A DNA stretch of 63,588 nt, filler included, from Octopus bimaculoides (GCF_001194135.2; 8 parts of 7 records of this genome joined end to end with filler, not necessarily neighbours in it), one strand, 5' to 3'. Counted from the whole stretch's first letter, positions 1-12,375 are shown. Translations and numbers: made by a program. Notes: a model not told the origin generated them from the letters alone.

Positions 1-476
1 AGTAATCCCTCAACTATCGTGGGTGTTACGTTTAATAAAAAAAACCGCAATAGGTGAAAATTCGCGAAACACAACCAATACTGTATATTTTTTTATTATT
101 TTTGTAATTTGCATATATTTGTTTTATTATTTTTATATATTTAAGCTTTGATAAACTCTCCACTCACCCTTAGGAGTACCCGTGTCTTCTTTTTTCGGGT
201 GAGGAACATAGTGACGGGGAGTGGCTGACGCTATCTTCTCTTCAGTGTAAGGAAGAAAGCCTTAGAAGGTGCAGCACGCTTGGGCGACATCGCAAGGCTT
301 GAAGCAAATTCACAATTTTACACACAAGTGCAAGACAACACCACGCACTCGCCTCCCGAGTTTCGTTTTCCGTACAGTATGTGTGATTCTTTGTTTACTC
401 ATTTACAATTAAAAAAAAAATTAATGTGTTATACAGTGCAGTATTGTATAACACGATATAAATTTGCATTGGAAGA

Positions 477-690
477 AGGCGGTGAGCTGTCAGAAACGTT
501 AGCACGCTGGACGAAATGCTTACCGGTATTTCGTCTGTCTTTACGTTCTGAGTTCAAATTCCGTCGAGGTCGACTTTGCTTTTCATCCTTTCGGGATCGA
601 TAAATAAAGTACCAGTTGCGTACTAGGGTCGATCTAATCGAATGACGCCCTCCCCCTAAATATCAAGCCTTGTGCCTAGAGTAGAAAAGG
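477..690 (+). mobile_element. tRNA-derived SINE, family B (Nin/Deu-like central domain)
   Basis: GGCGGTGAGCTGTCAGAAACGTTAGCACG head, GTTCAAAT B-box-like motif and GAGGTCGACTTTGCTTTTCATCCTTTCGGGATCGATAAA core; the same family recurs at 46828-47196 and 58111-58347. Confidence 0.8.
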
Positions 691-2269
691 ATATAAATTT
701 GCATAGTAATTTTACATAGTAAAATTATATAGTAATTAGAAAATAATGATACATAATTAAATTCAACCATTTACTCAAACACAGTTGTTAACAATATCTG
801 TAAATAGAGCTAAAATAGTCAATTTAAACATCTACAGTATTTATATATATTTATAGAGCAACATTTTGTAGCAATAATTTTGATGAAGATATGGTGATTA
901 TGAAAATCATGTAAATTACCAAAAAATATCCATTTGATTATTGCCACAGTTAACGGCAAAAGAGAAAAAAATAAGTAACCAAGCATTAGTAATACCTGTT
1001 AAAAAGTAATGTGAGTGAAGATGTCACTGGAAAGAATTTTCTTATAATAATCATACGTTTTCTTAGCTCTAATATATTATGTTTGTTTTACATTAATATC
1101 TCCATCATATGAAATAGTTACTGATAGTATCTTAATGGGAATGAGAATTTCAAAGTAATATCACAAAAGTTCATTTCTCTAGTTAATGTAAATAAAAAAT
1201 ATGATATAGGAACTTAAAGGAATGAAATTAAGAAACGACTTGCGTTCCCAATCTGACGCTGTTCTTTTGGTTTAGCAGCAGGAACCAATAACCTCTTAAT
1301 CATCTGTTGAGAGAAAATGGCCTTTCGTTTTCAAGTGGATCATATCTGGGACTGTATGTAAGTGGAATAACGCGTTCACAAACAGTTGACTCACACTGTT
1401 AGCACTCTGCTGCTTATATCTCATTGGGTAAAAGTCGAGAATACGCAGAGGTTTAAACGCGAGTTTGTTCGCTTCAGTAATGATACATTACTCGAGAAAA
1501 ACTCTCAGAAACCAACCACGATAAGTAGAACTATATACATACAGGAGAATAATATATCAAACCGACAAATGCAGATACTCAAATATCTACAAATAAGTGC
1601 TACAGATATGGGCATGCATGTGAATAAATGCAAGTGATAATCTGGACAAGCTAGGGTTTTCAGAAATGAAATCAACCAGCTAAATAGCTTATGACAAATT
1701 CAAATTGTGAGTGAAATAGTACAAATATGCAATGCTGTTCGCAAGTTTTAAATGTAGATTTGTATTTGTTATCTACATTCCAAAGATGGAGCTTCATATC
1801 TTTCTTAGAATACAGCGCCTTCCTTAGACGAAAACTTCAACTAACTAAAAGCAGAAGAGAACATTCACACATGTACACATATGCACATATATACATATAT
1901 AAAGCACACACATGAATACATACATGCATACATGCAAATATACATTATACTAAGTAATCGGTAGAAAGAAAAATCGCGAGGAAGACAAATACATGAATCT
2001 ACAGTGATGTGGATGACATAACCACACCATTATTCGATAAAATACTGGTGAAGTGTCTGTCAATGTATAGACTTCCATAAAATCTATCACAGTGGATGAC
2101 ATCTGAGAGAGATGAGGAGAAGAGAGGGAGATAGAGAAGGATAAAAATTGTGCATTGTAGCTGAAATCGTTTGCCCAATAGATATCTACATGAAATTAAA
2201 TGTTAGTGAGAAAGAGAAAATGATGAAGAATTAATAACTCCATCCGACCTATTAATTTAGATTTCTACT

Positions 2270-2405
2270 TATAACTATTGGAGATCTTAGCTACATGTTA
2301 AACTGCCTCGGTAGAAATATTGAAAAGCTAGGAGTCACAAAACCAGAAATAACAGGTCTACTCAGAAGATTTCAGCTACAAATCGCCGAAGGTCCGCCAG
2401 AAATT
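2270..2405 (+). mobile_element. degenerate C-terminal remnant of an R4/Dong-like (RLE) LINE
   Basis: Translates TIGDLSYMLNCLGRNIEKLGVTKPEITGLLRRFQLQ, similar to the C-terminus of the RLE LINE pieces at 6430 and 34772. Confidence 0.4.
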
Positions 2406-2513
2406 TGATCCATATTTGCAATAGCATCCATACCTGTGCTATTGCACACATGCCCGCATATATGTAGAGTGGTAGAACAAAATAATGGAAACAACGTGTT
2501 AAAGGAAGTTTTA

Positions 2514-3080
2514 TTATTTAGTACAGATTTGTTCATCTTTGCCATCAATTACAACTTTAATACGTCGAGGAATTGATTCGTACAGGTACTGAACTGCTGT
2601 TAGAAGTTTGACACAGTTTTCAAGTAAAACCTGCTTTAGCTCTTTTAGGGATGATACCAGAGGCAAGTGTCTTCTCACCTGCTGCACTATATATGTTCGA
2701 TTATATTGAGATCTGATGCGTACATACAAGGACTCCAACGGAGTAACGAAGACACACATCGGAATAACGGGCAACTCGGCCAAGGAGAAATACACACAAC
2801 TTCTAGTGTTTTTCAGGGACAAAAATAAAAGACATACGACATCTCTTTCCGATACGATATAGACACTGTAAAAAGGAGGAGTAAGCAACTCCCAGATAAC
2901 AATGCGCATTATTGCTAAAGCCTGAAAATACAGGGAGCAGAGTACCAAATGTGAGCTTTGTATTACTAGAAAGCTAAATATCATTCAACCAAAATATAAC
3001 ATCCCGACATTTCAAACAGGAACCACCACGCACTCTTCCGATCCTGCCAGGATAGGTTTTTTTCTCCGAACGTGAACATT
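2514..3080 (-). mobile_element. Tc1-like DNA transposon, degenerate transposase C-terminus
   Basis: SSLKELKQVLLE...VQYLYESIPRRIKVVIDGK matches the Tc1 transposase C-terminal LYESIPRRI motif. Confidence 0.7.
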
Positions 3081-3468
3081 AAGTATATACATCATACGAA
3101 CTTCACACATAGAAGACACATACCCCCATGATGAACTTCCTCATCATATAAACATATGATCATTGCACATATTCAGGAATATAATATAATGTAAACAAAC
3201 TGATCATTCAGCACAATGGGAGATAATCGCTCAACCGCTGTCACCCAAGAGTCGCGCCCCCTTGATTTCTTATCTAGCTTATGAAACTTTATTGCAAACT
3301 CATAGTTTATCACGTTTTAATCCAAAACGGAGAGGAACACTATTCTTCATTGTTATCGGCTTCAAAAATTAACATATTAAAATATGTTCTTAGCATGAAA
3401 CAAATGGTGGCCGTAAGGCTAAACTAAAAATAGATTTATTCACCAATGCGGTGTTGAGCATTCATTCT

Positions 3469-3470
<2 letters not shown>

Positions 3471-3535
<65 letters not shown>
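3471..3535. repeat. (TG)n microsatellite
   Basis: Direct sequence. Confidence 0.95.
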
Positions 3536-3537
<2 letters not shown>

Positions 3538-5334
3538 ATACACACATTTGTTGAAAATTTCATTAAAAAAAATATCTATTTTCTTGAACTTATGATGAAA
3601 CAAAATCTGGTGGTGGACACATTTGTGTAGGTATACCTATATGCATGCATGTGGGTAGAACGCTGGCAAGACATGCTACATGAAGGAAGCACAAACGTTA
3701 ATATTGAAAAATGTAAGAAACAGCTATAAGATGAAATGCATTTATGTTAAAAGAACGTACATTTATAAGGCAATGAAAAATTACTGTCTAAATACTGACA
3801 ATAAATTTTAATATATCCACTTCGATGCATTTTTAATATGCAGTTAGTATTCGTTACTAAACGCAGTATCATACCGTTATCGGATGTACGTTTATGTATA
3901 GTGAAAAACTGAATCCATCTCATTCACATTATTGTCACTCTTATGATACAAACCGAACAAAGGAGAAGTATCTTTTGTTTATATATATAACATGCAGTTT
4001 TATGATTAAATATCATTATATACACAAAGTGAAGCGAAGCAATGTAATCTTAGAACAACGTATGGTAAAGCAATGAGTACACAAATCAGAAAGAAGTGGA
4101 TAAAAATGTGAGTACATTTTTAGGGGCTGATTTCTTGAACTTGGGTGAAGTTTAAGGTGAAGAACTATAGAAGAGTGTCTCTTAGAAATGGTAAAGTAGT
4201 AGAAAGAGATCTCAGGTAGACAGAGAACATTTTATGATTTTCAGAACAGGAGATAAAGAATCTGGGATATTAATATGAAACTAAGTTGAACAACGGACAT
4301 TTTCATGTGTAAGAATTGTGAAGGTAAATGTGTGAGTGCCACAGATGAAAAGATGAGATGTTATTGTGTTGTCAGTCTGGGCTACAACCATGTGTTGTGA
4401 GGCTGCTGCTGTTCGTATAAGATGTAGCAGTTAAATGGATTGAGCGCATGCAGCAAGTGAAACATGTTCAGTATGAGAAATGACTGCGCATGCAAAGAAT
4501 ATTATTTAATATTGTACTTTTTTGGTCATTTGGGGAAAATACCGCTGCCACTGACATCGGTGGTCGAAGATTTCAAAGAAAGCACAATGCACTAAGTTTT
4601 GAGGATGAGGACGTTTACAGATGCACCTATCGCCAAAGTGAAGATTCCAGTTCATATTGTATGCAAGTGGAAGACGGAAGAGACATCAGACGACGTTACT
4701 GCACAGACAGAGTAAAACATTCTGGGTGCGGAGCAAAGTGGTAGAACAAAAGTAGATTTTCTGCCTCCGAACACAGTAATTCAGTACGTCGGATCGAAAT
4801 GGGGATGTAAGTATTGGAAGCTGTCAAAGACAGAGGGGAAGGGAGGAAATTCAAAGGTAAGAGAACGTAAAGGTCAGTGCGCATGTCAGTGGGACTAAAT
4901 GAATCAGGAATGCATGTCGTGGAAAGAAGTATTTTGGAGATAGGCAATATTGATCCCGTTTGCTACTGAAATTTCATTTGGTGTGGTGCTATTTCCATTG
5001 AATCATAAGAGAAGTAGATTAACAGACATGAGTTGTAAAAGTCTTGCCAGAAGTTGATAATCTCTAGTGCAAGTGGGGTGCAGAGGAGCAAAGAAAAAAG
5101 GTTACAGTAGATAAAAAGCATTAACATTTTGAAAAGGCAAAAGGAAGGAAATAATGTACTCACCTGTGGTGGTTACAGTGTTTCAGCTGCGGCAATAGTC
5201 GGTTCTTGTGTCAAAGACGACACCACATCAGTTGGTGCTTCACATGTTTAGGACAGCTGTTCTAACTTTTAGTCGCTAAAAGTAACTCTTTTAGTTGCTA
5301 AAGTAGCTCATTAACTCTGACGTGTACTGTCGTC

Positions 5335-5780
5335 GGCTGGCTAATTTGAACCAAAAAATCAAATTGAGGCCGGAGATTGCCAACAGGAAAGGGGTGGTGT
5401 TCCAACAAGACAATACCTAACTACATGTGCCTTTGGCTACCCGAAGAAAGTTACATGAACTTGGCTGGGATCTCTTACCCATCCACGATATTCTCCTGAT
5501 ATTCCACCATCTGACTACCGCTTGTGTTTGCCTCTACAAAACTCATTGCAAAGGAAAGCATTTAACGATTTAGATGGAGTGAAAATGCATCTAGATAACC
5601 TTTTTCTTCAAAACCAGTGAAATTTTATGCTGATGGAATATTTAAATTGCCTGATAGATGAGCAAAGGGCATTAATAATAATGCAAGCTATTTCATTGAA
5701 AAAAATTATTGAAAGGCTTATTATTTATAAACCTTTTTGCATATTAAAAAAACGCTCAGAACATTCTGGACGATCTAATA
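5335..5780 (+). mobile_element. mariner transposon 3' fragment with terminal inverted repeat
   Basis: VVFQQDN...LHELGWDL..HPRYSPDIPPSDY...FYADGIFKLPDR (YSPDLAP-type motif, with stops and a frameshift); ends in a mariner-like TIR (CAGAACATTCTGGACGATCTAATA). Confidence 0.85.
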
Positions 5781-5897
5781 TGTAAAACAAACAAAGCCTG
5801 GAAGATTGCTTTAAAATACATGGCGTATTTTATAAATATCCCTGTTCAAGTATCATAATAGTATAAAACTTAGCTCTTTCGGTTGTGTATCTAATTT

Positions 5898-5898
<1 letters not shown>

Positions 5899-5936
<38 letters not shown>

Positions 5937-5940
5937 ATGT

Positions 5941-6005
<65 letters not shown>

Positions 6006-6152
6006 ATGTACAGAACACCTGGAATATTGTACAGCAACCAAATCTGGTATGTACGTACGTGTGTATGCATGTGCCTGTATGTATGTATGTGTGTGTATAT
6101 ATGCGGGTATTTATATGTGTATGTATGTATGTATGTATGTATGTATGTATGC
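5899..6152. repeat. compound (TG)n/(TA)n/(TATG)n microsatellite
   Basis: Direct sequence; explains the overlapping low-complexity ORFs. Confidence 0.95.
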
Positions 6153-6429
6153 ATGTCATTGTTCAGTTTTATTTCAAGATTTCTTGCCAATAGAGAAGGA
6201 GCCAGTTTCTAACCTAGATCCAAGGCTCCTTCATTGGAATTTCAACATCAACAACAGGGTATTCTTGTTTCTATGTATGTATTTATATGTGCAGATATGT
6301 ATGTTTTGTTTTATGTATGTATTCTCATGCATATAGTTGCATATCTAGACATGCTCACATATATTTAAATGATTAACTTCTGGAAAGTTTTACAGATTTT
6401 TACTGTTCCAGTGATGGACTGGATTGGTA

Positions 6430-7292
6430 GTCTTCGAATTAACTTTCTCTTTCTAGTTTTGAGAAGCCTAATTTCTCAAGACTGGTATTTATGCAGTGTG
6501 TTACATATCCCAAGACCCCAATAATTACAGATATAAACCTGAACTTGTAATCTGGATAGAGTAACTGTAGATTATACCATGATATTTTCGGACAACTGCT
6601 TATGATGTGGGTGATATCTTCAGTGTGAACTCCACAAAGTCTCATTAGTTGTCACATTTTACTGCTTTTCCTGCATCTCAATCCCCTTTGTGCATCAGGT
6701 ATTTGGTTGATATTTCTTGTTCCTCGATTGCCCACGCATACCCTTCAAAGTGGGAGGTAGTAATCCGGCTATTGGTCCATGATAGACTGCTTTGATGACC
6801 AATATTACTATCATTTCGGAGCTTTCTACTAACGTATCCATGCCTAGTCTTCTGCTCATATAGGATCATCCTTTCACTTGATTACTCACTGCGGTAGAGT
6901 GGTGCGACTTCTTTGAGCATGTATTCTAGGTTATCAGACAAGGAATGTTGCTCAAGAAGCTGCCTTCCAGGTCTTATGCTGGTATCAGCCTCATGTATGC
7001 AGACTTGGTCAAGGGATGTACTTCGACATTTGGTGATCAAAAGATGTTACCGAAGGGATATGATGCGACATTCGAAGGCATTTTGGATCGATGCTAAGCC
7101 TCTGTCACTTTGTTTTCGTTTTAGGTAGAGGCGGTCTACATAACTGTTTATGTGGAAATTGTGTGTCTGTTAGTATTTTTCGGGTTTTCCCATCAATGGT
7201 TCGGATCTCATCAAGAATCCAATCAAGCAGTCCGAATGTTGGTATGAGTACTGGCACTGCAAACACATTGTGGGCCACTGTTTTATTGAATG
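6430..7292 (-). mobile_element. R4/Dong-like non-LTR retrotransposon fragment (post-RT region, CCHC finger)
   Basis: FNKTVAHNVFAVPVLIPTFGLLDW..., HFEGYAWAIEEQEI and RLCGVHTEDITHIISSC (CCHC knuckle of RLE-type LINEs); disrupted frames. Confidence 0.75.
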
Positions 7293-7499
7293 TATAGGAA
7301 AGAGGTTATACACCATTAGGTGTACACCCGCTTTCCTATATTAAATTCTGAAGTAACAACGAAACGCTGACTCCGAACTATCAACACAACAATATTTATT
7401 TATGGAGGAAATAGGCATGGTTGCTGAGAGGTTGGAATGCTGGAGAGACAGTTTGACACGACCATGCTCATGGCCGGCCGGCCGAGAAAGAGAATGAAA
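7293..7499 (-). repeat. 3' LTR (visible part; the rest is in the gap)
   Basis: Direct repeat of 9558-9764. Confidence 0.85.
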
Positions 7500-9543
7500 N
7501 NNNNNNNNNNNNNNNNNNNNNNNNNNNNNNNNNNNNNNNNNNNNNNNNNNNNNNNNNNNNNNNNNNNNNNNNNNNNNNNNNNNNNNNNNNNNNNNNNNNN
7601 NNNNNNNNNNNNNNNNNNNNNNNNNNNNNNNNNNNNNNNNNNNNNNNNNNNNNNNNNNNNNNNNNNNNNNNNNNNNNNNNNNNNNNNNNNNNNNNNNNNN
7701 NNNNNNNNNNNNNNNNNNNNNNNNNNNNNNNNNNNNNNNNNNNNNNNNNNNNAAACACCCACAAGATGTGGCACAAACACACACAAAGAAAAATCAAAGA
7801 AATGAATGTACACTTGTGAGATACAGAATGTTAATACACAGGAAGTTGTGGTCAAGGAGCAGAGCTGTAGTTGAGCGTCGGATGCTAGTTGGGACCTGTT
7901 ACCTGGTACTGAATATTCTGGATGGTCTGTTGATCGTGAGTGGAAAACATCCACTCCAACAGAGTCGAGTTAAAACCGCGCTTGTTGATGTTGGTTGCTT
8001 GTGTATGTGAGGTGGTAATGATGTTGACAGTGGTGTGTGATGTTTGAAAAGGTACGCTTTCTCAGACGGTCGACAGACACAATCTCTGTACGACCATTAG
8101 CGTCGACCTTGAAGAAATTTAACCCGAGACTGCAGGTTGGGCGAGGCGTGTAAGGCAGCCTTAAATTGCCTATNNNNNNNNNNTTCTCTATCTATGATAT
8201 CGGCAAAAGTTTTCTTGCAGGATTGCATTTTTCGTGAAAATGCCTTGAAGGGGTGCAGAAGTGAATTGTGTCTGGCGTTGTTGTCGCGGGCATTTGCTAA
8301 GATTAGCCCGAACGACGACAGTGTGGCATGATGGCACGTTGCCTTGGACAGACAATTTTCTCTGTTAACTTCGTGACCAACCTGAGGTCGAACAGAGATA
8401 AGTTGTGTCTGACAAGAACGCAGAGACCATAAGTTGACAGCCGACGTACACAGAGTCGGGAAAAAAAACTGAGTGGGCACAGACATGATGATAACAACTC
8501 TAAAGGCATAATATTGTGGTGCATGTGAAGAAAGAATTTCAGACATTCAAAAGGAGAACCTGTAGTAGAAACCATGCAATAAAAACAGGTGAGCAATGCG
8601 TGTGCATGAAATGTGCAATACCAATGGCCAACGAGAGAAAAAAAAAATTATATAGAACATTCAAAAACATATGCATATGAATTCAGTTGTTTCAGTGAAA
8701 TGAGTTGTCGCGGAAATGAGTTTTACGTGTAAAGATGTGCCGTAAAAAAAAACATTGAAATAAGCAAAAATGACAAACTTGGCTAGAAAGTGTCCTGGTC
8801 CTGAAAAACTAAAAGGTAGCATTTGAAATGTAAAAGTAGGTGCATGCAAAGAAAGTTCAATCTATGACTGTCGAAAAACGTTGCTCGTGTNNNNNNNNNN
8901 AAGTAGGTGCATGCAAAGAAAGTTCAATCTATGACTGTCGAAAAACGTTGCTCGTGTGGGCTTCCATAGAGTTATCCGGTTAGTTCTTGGTCGGATAGCT
9001 GTTCGAAATGCTGTATTTATGTCAGCGGCTTCTCTGGTGGATCTGTGCATTTTACTGCTATTTTCAGGAAGTAGAGGACGCTGTGTAAGAATGAATTGAC
9101 GTCTCGTGAAACATGTAGGAAATTGCTCAAAAGGTTGTTAGGATGAAATAACCGTGAAGTTTTTTGTGTGAAAAACCACAAAGGTCTTAGCCGCAAAGAA
9201 GTCTTCGGTTATAGGCTCTGGAAGTCATTGACAAAAGGAAAAACTTTAACGTAGAAAAAATTTTCTTAGCTTTTCACTTGTATTTGATGAGAATGTAGAG
9301 GCAATCCTGATGTTGAACATCGCGAAACATACGAATTCAATGGCTGTTGAAATGAGGTCCGTAGATCTTTTAGCTCGAGGTACCAATTGTAGTATTATTG
9401 GTCGCAGTTCAGAATCCGTGGCTGCGGTTGTTCTTACTCAGGGTCACCAATTATAGGAAAGTGCCGTATTTACTTATGTCAGCGGCGGCTAGTGTAGTAT
9501 TGTCGGTCGGCAGATCAGAATCATCGGCTGCGTTTGTTCTTAC

Positions 9544-9555
9544 TCGGGGTCACCA
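9544..9555 (-). promoter_or_regulatory. primer-binding site complementary to tRNA-Trp
   Basis: TGGTGACCCCGA, 2 nt after the 5' LTR, is the reverse complement of the tRNA-Trp 3' end (..TCGGGGTCACCA). Confidence 0.8.
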
Positions 9556-9557
9556 AT

Positions 9558-9906
9558 TATAGGAAAGAGGTTATACACCATTAGGTGTACACCCGCTTTC
9601 CTATATTAAATTCTGAAGTAACAACGAAACGCTGACTCCGAACTATCAACACAACAATATTTATTTATGGAGGAAATAGGCATGGTTGCTGAGACGTTGG
9701 AATGCTGGAGAGACAGTTTGACACGACCAAGCTCATGGCCGGCCGGCCGAGAAAGAGAATAAAAAGAACGGGAACGTTTTAGATGTTGAACTCCACGCAT
9801 GCGCATGGGACTCTTCCTGTGTTCCTTCCGGAACTATTCCCTGCGCATGCGTGGATGAAAACGCAGTAATGGCGACTGTATTTTGGCGCCAAATGACGTC
9901 ACTACA
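9558..9906 (-). repeat. 5' LTR, 349 bp, TGTAGTG...CCTATA
   Basis: Bounded by the TSD on the right and the PBS on the left. Confidence 0.8.
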
Positions 9907-9966
9907 AATGCAAATATTTCTGAGGTCCAAATTTTCTTTATTCGGCGGCTGTAATATTCTTTAGTG
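9907..9966 (-). mobile_element. upstream continuation of the R4-like LINE split by the LTR element
   Basis: TKEYYSRRIKKIWTSEIFA joins in frame to FNKTVAHN at 7292 once the LTR element and one TSD copy are removed. Confidence 0.8.
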
Positions 9967-10117
9967 TATGTATGTATGTGTGTATGTATGTATGTACGTA
10001 CGTACGTATGCATGCATGTCTGTATGTATGTATGTATCGTACAATGTTTCGAATAAACTTCAGTAAAAAATCAAAACAAACAAGATCACGTTCCTCGTAC
10101 GATGAAAGAATCACAAA

Positions 10118-10123
10118 TTTATT
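10118..10123 (-). promoter_or_regulatory. putative poly(A) signal of the galectin-like gene
   Basis: AATAAA ~130 nt downstream of the stop at 10253. Confidence 0.45.
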
Positions 10124-10252
10124 CAGAGGTTTCATCATCCCTACTATTAGCGAATCGTTTCTATTCTATGAGAGGTAAAGTGTTTCGAAATACATTAATG
10201 TTTGTTATTGTCTCTGGACCTAGAAGAAGGATAGGCAGTTTTGAACAAAGCT

Positions 10253-10363
10253 TTACTTAATTTCGAGGGACATGATCTCAATATTTCCTAGAATCTTCAG
10301 TTGTCCCCCTTGGACATAACGTCGATTTGTGAAGGTTTTCTTAATCTGCCCGTTAACAGAAAC
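10253..10363 (-). CDS. galectin-fold protein, terminal coding exon
   Basis: Acceptor ttttcttgtacaatttag|GTT, phase 0; VSVNGQIKKTFTNRRYVQGGQLKILGNIEIMSLEIK* is colinear with the galectin C-terminus (V.VNG.....F..R......L.I.GDV.L.SV). Confidence 0.8.
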   Translation of the reverse strand, partial: VSVNGQIKKTFTNRRYVQGGQLKILGNIEIMSLEIK

Positions 10364-10918
10364 CTAAATTGTACAAGAAAATTTCAATTAATGCTCTGAA
10401 AATCACAAATTTAATCAATAGAATAAAACCAGAATAAAAACTTTGAAACATATTGCTTTTCAGTTGATATCTAAATCCATAGCAGACGAGACCTGTTATA
10501 CTGGTAAGGTTGAGCAAAACTATGAAGAAGAAGCTGACAAATAAATTCCAGTCAGATGTGATGTTGGACATGTCTGATACCATTCCTCAACAATTCTTTT
10601 AAAAGAAAATATTCTAAATACTTTGTAATTGCTTACATTTCTATTATTCTATAGATTTAGGCAACGCTGAGCGTAAAGTGGAATTAATCATTAAAAATTA
10701 TAACCAAGTCGCTGCATTAGATCTTGTCACTCATAGAATTACAATTCTTTATATGTCACTGAAGTATCACTGAAGAGGGCACAGATGTATGATTTCCAAA
10801 CAATGGACATGAACAGTAATAAACGAGTGAAGAATGAATATATAGTGCATGTGTTTATTTGGCAACAAAAAATAATGACTATCCCGAAATACAACAATAT
10901 ATACACAAGAAGAGATAT

Positions 10919-10985
<67 letters not shown>

Positions 10986-11026
10986 GATAGATAGATAGAT
11001 AAATAGATAAATAGATGTAGATATGA

Positions 11027-11057
<31 letters not shown>

Positions 11058-11995
11058 NNNNNNNNNNNNNNNNNNNNNNNNNNNNNNNNNNNNNNNNNNN
11101 NNNNNNNNNNNNNNNNNNNNNNNNNNNNNNNNNNNNNNNNNNNNNNNNNNNNNNNNNNNNNNNNNNNNNNNNNNNNNNNNNNNNNNNNNNNNNNNNNNNN
11201 NNNNNNNNNNNNNNNNNNNNNNNNNNNNNNNNNNNNNNNNNNNNNNNNNNNNNNNNNNNNNNNNNNNNNNNNNNNNNNNNNNNNNNNNNNNNNNNNNNNN
11301 NNNNNNNNNNNNNNNNNNNNNNNNNNNNNNNNNNNNNNNNNNNNNNNNNNNNNNNNNNNNNNNNNNNNNNNNNNNNNNNNNNNNNNNNNNNNNNNNNNNN
11401 NNNNNNNNNNNNNNNNNNNNNNNNNNNNNNNNNNNNNNNNNNNNNNNNNNNNNNNNNNNNNNNNNNNNNNNNNNNNNNNNNNNNNNNNNNNNNNNNNNNN
11501 NNNNNNNNNNNNNNNNNNNNNNNNNNNNNNNNNNNNNNNNNNNNNNNNNNNNNNNNNNNNNNNNNNNNNNNNNNNNNNNNNNNNNNNNNNNNNNNNNNNN
11601 NNNNNNNNNNNNNNNNNNNNNNNNTATATATATATATATATATAATTTACCTTTTGAGATGATGACAAGTCATGATGCTGAAATTATCTAAACATATTAG
11701 ATTTTTACATCATCAATTGAATTTCTTTATTGATCATAGCATTTTTATTCCCACACTATGTAAAACAATGTTAAATACATATAACTAATTACATCCAGGT
11801 CTTATCTACTTTAATCTTATCATTAGTACCAACAACTCATGTGAAAAATTGTAACCTTTTATATTACGTTATTTCAACAAATTAAGTACATTTAATGAAA
11901 TCTGCTAAAAACATCACGATTAACAAAATATCGGTATCCAACAGCGTTACTTCATCCTTATTCACTGTAATCAATAAGAAACTAATTTGGCATAC

Positions 11996-12152
11996 CTTGT
12001 TGTAATATGGACTTGTACTCATCAGAATCTGGAATGTGTCACCACAATGAAATAATTTATTGGATCCTTTTTTAAACCGTGGAATTTTATGTTTCCAGCG
12101 GAAGTCATAATTTAGAGGTGTTACTTTAGGTTGCTCAATAGTGACTTTAAAT
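11996..12152 (-). CDS. galectin-fold protein, middle exon
   Basis: Acceptor ttttcatatatttacag, donor AAG|GTATGC, phase 2 to 0; (R)FKVTIEQPKVTPLNYDFRWKHKIPRFKKGSNKLFHCGDTFQILMSTSPYYNK. Confidence 0.8.
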
Positions 12153-12226
12153 CTGTAAATATATGAAAATACAACTTCATTATGTACACACACGCGCGCA
12201 CACACACACACATACACACATTTATG

Positions 12227-12375
<149 letters not shown>

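Larger units (their letters stand above)
7293..9906 (-). mobile_element. internally deleted Gypsy LTR retrotransposon (non-autonomous)
   Basis: Two LTRs with 3 mismatches over the ~207 comparable nt; 4-bp TSD AATG at 7289-7292 and 9907-9910; PBS TGGTGACCCCGA; integrase C-terminal relic FKVDANGRTEIVSVDRLRK near 8060-8150. Confidence 0.85.

Noticed and set aside
5160-5175. Strong minus-strand donor CAG|GTGAGT at ~5164
   Set aside because: Upstream sequence has stops in the frames checked and no matching acceptor; isolated motif
5853-6336. Overlapping ORFs rich in CV/HT/YI dipeptides (also 12163-12426, 15763-16130, 41525-41821, 53516-54191)
   Set aside because: Translations of dinucleotide microsatellites
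10353-10583. Hydrophobic 76-aa minus ORF (MVSDMSNITSDW...)
   Set aside because: Lies in the AT-rich last intron of the galectin-like gene and overlaps its acceptor; in-frame stop just upstream; no recognisable homology
10739-11691. Long ORFs spanning N runs (also 39504-40374, 47806-48400, 50035-50641, 55462-56098)
   Set aside because: Length comes from X residues in gaps
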